DNA of 64,000 nucleotides from the human T2T-CHM13v2.0 reference genome, Homo sapiens. Below the pieces are notes generated by a model that saw only the letters and a list, made by a program, of their open reading frames with translations, did not search any database and was not told the DNA's origin. The DNA is taken from NCBI RefSeq assembly GCF_009914755.1, contig NC_060928.1; one strand, written 5' to 3'. The stretch's first letter is position 1. Every line of letters begins with the position of its first letter. Shown in pieces: positions 63,979-64,000 of this stretch. The translations under genes and the position numbers were made by a program.

Positions 63979-64000
63979 TAATGACAAGGAAGTTACCCAT

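Overview
Primate nuclear DNA, human or another ape (AluY copies and an AluYe-lineage copy are present); it is not prokaryotic. I count 51 Alu/FRAM copies, roughly a quarter of the window. They overlie L2, MIR, L1 3' ends, a CR1/L3 fragment, MaLR/ERVL solo LTRs (MLT1, MLT2, MSTA, THE1, LTR16C, LTR33) and DNA transposons, including a full-length but dead Tigger1 nested in MER33. I recognise no known protein-coding gene, RNA gene or CRISPR array; most ORFs in the track are Alu, L1, LTR or Tigger artefacts. The window reads as intronic or intergenic. The most interesting signals are: (1) several local templated duplications of different ages, including an exact 78-bp copy inside an ancient L2 and a ~130-bp copy inside an MLT1 LTR; (2) an LTR16C with an acquired (CCCCCG)n GC-box array upstream of CCAAT and TATA; (3) a chain of minus-strand GTGAGT donors with partly phase-compatible candidate exons (11-25 kb), possibly a lncRNA or decayed gene; (4) a 32-bp Alu TSD and a hairpin insertion inside Tigger1. 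I found no convincing novel biological system. Subfamily names come from recalled consensus sequences, and boundaries of old elements are approximate.
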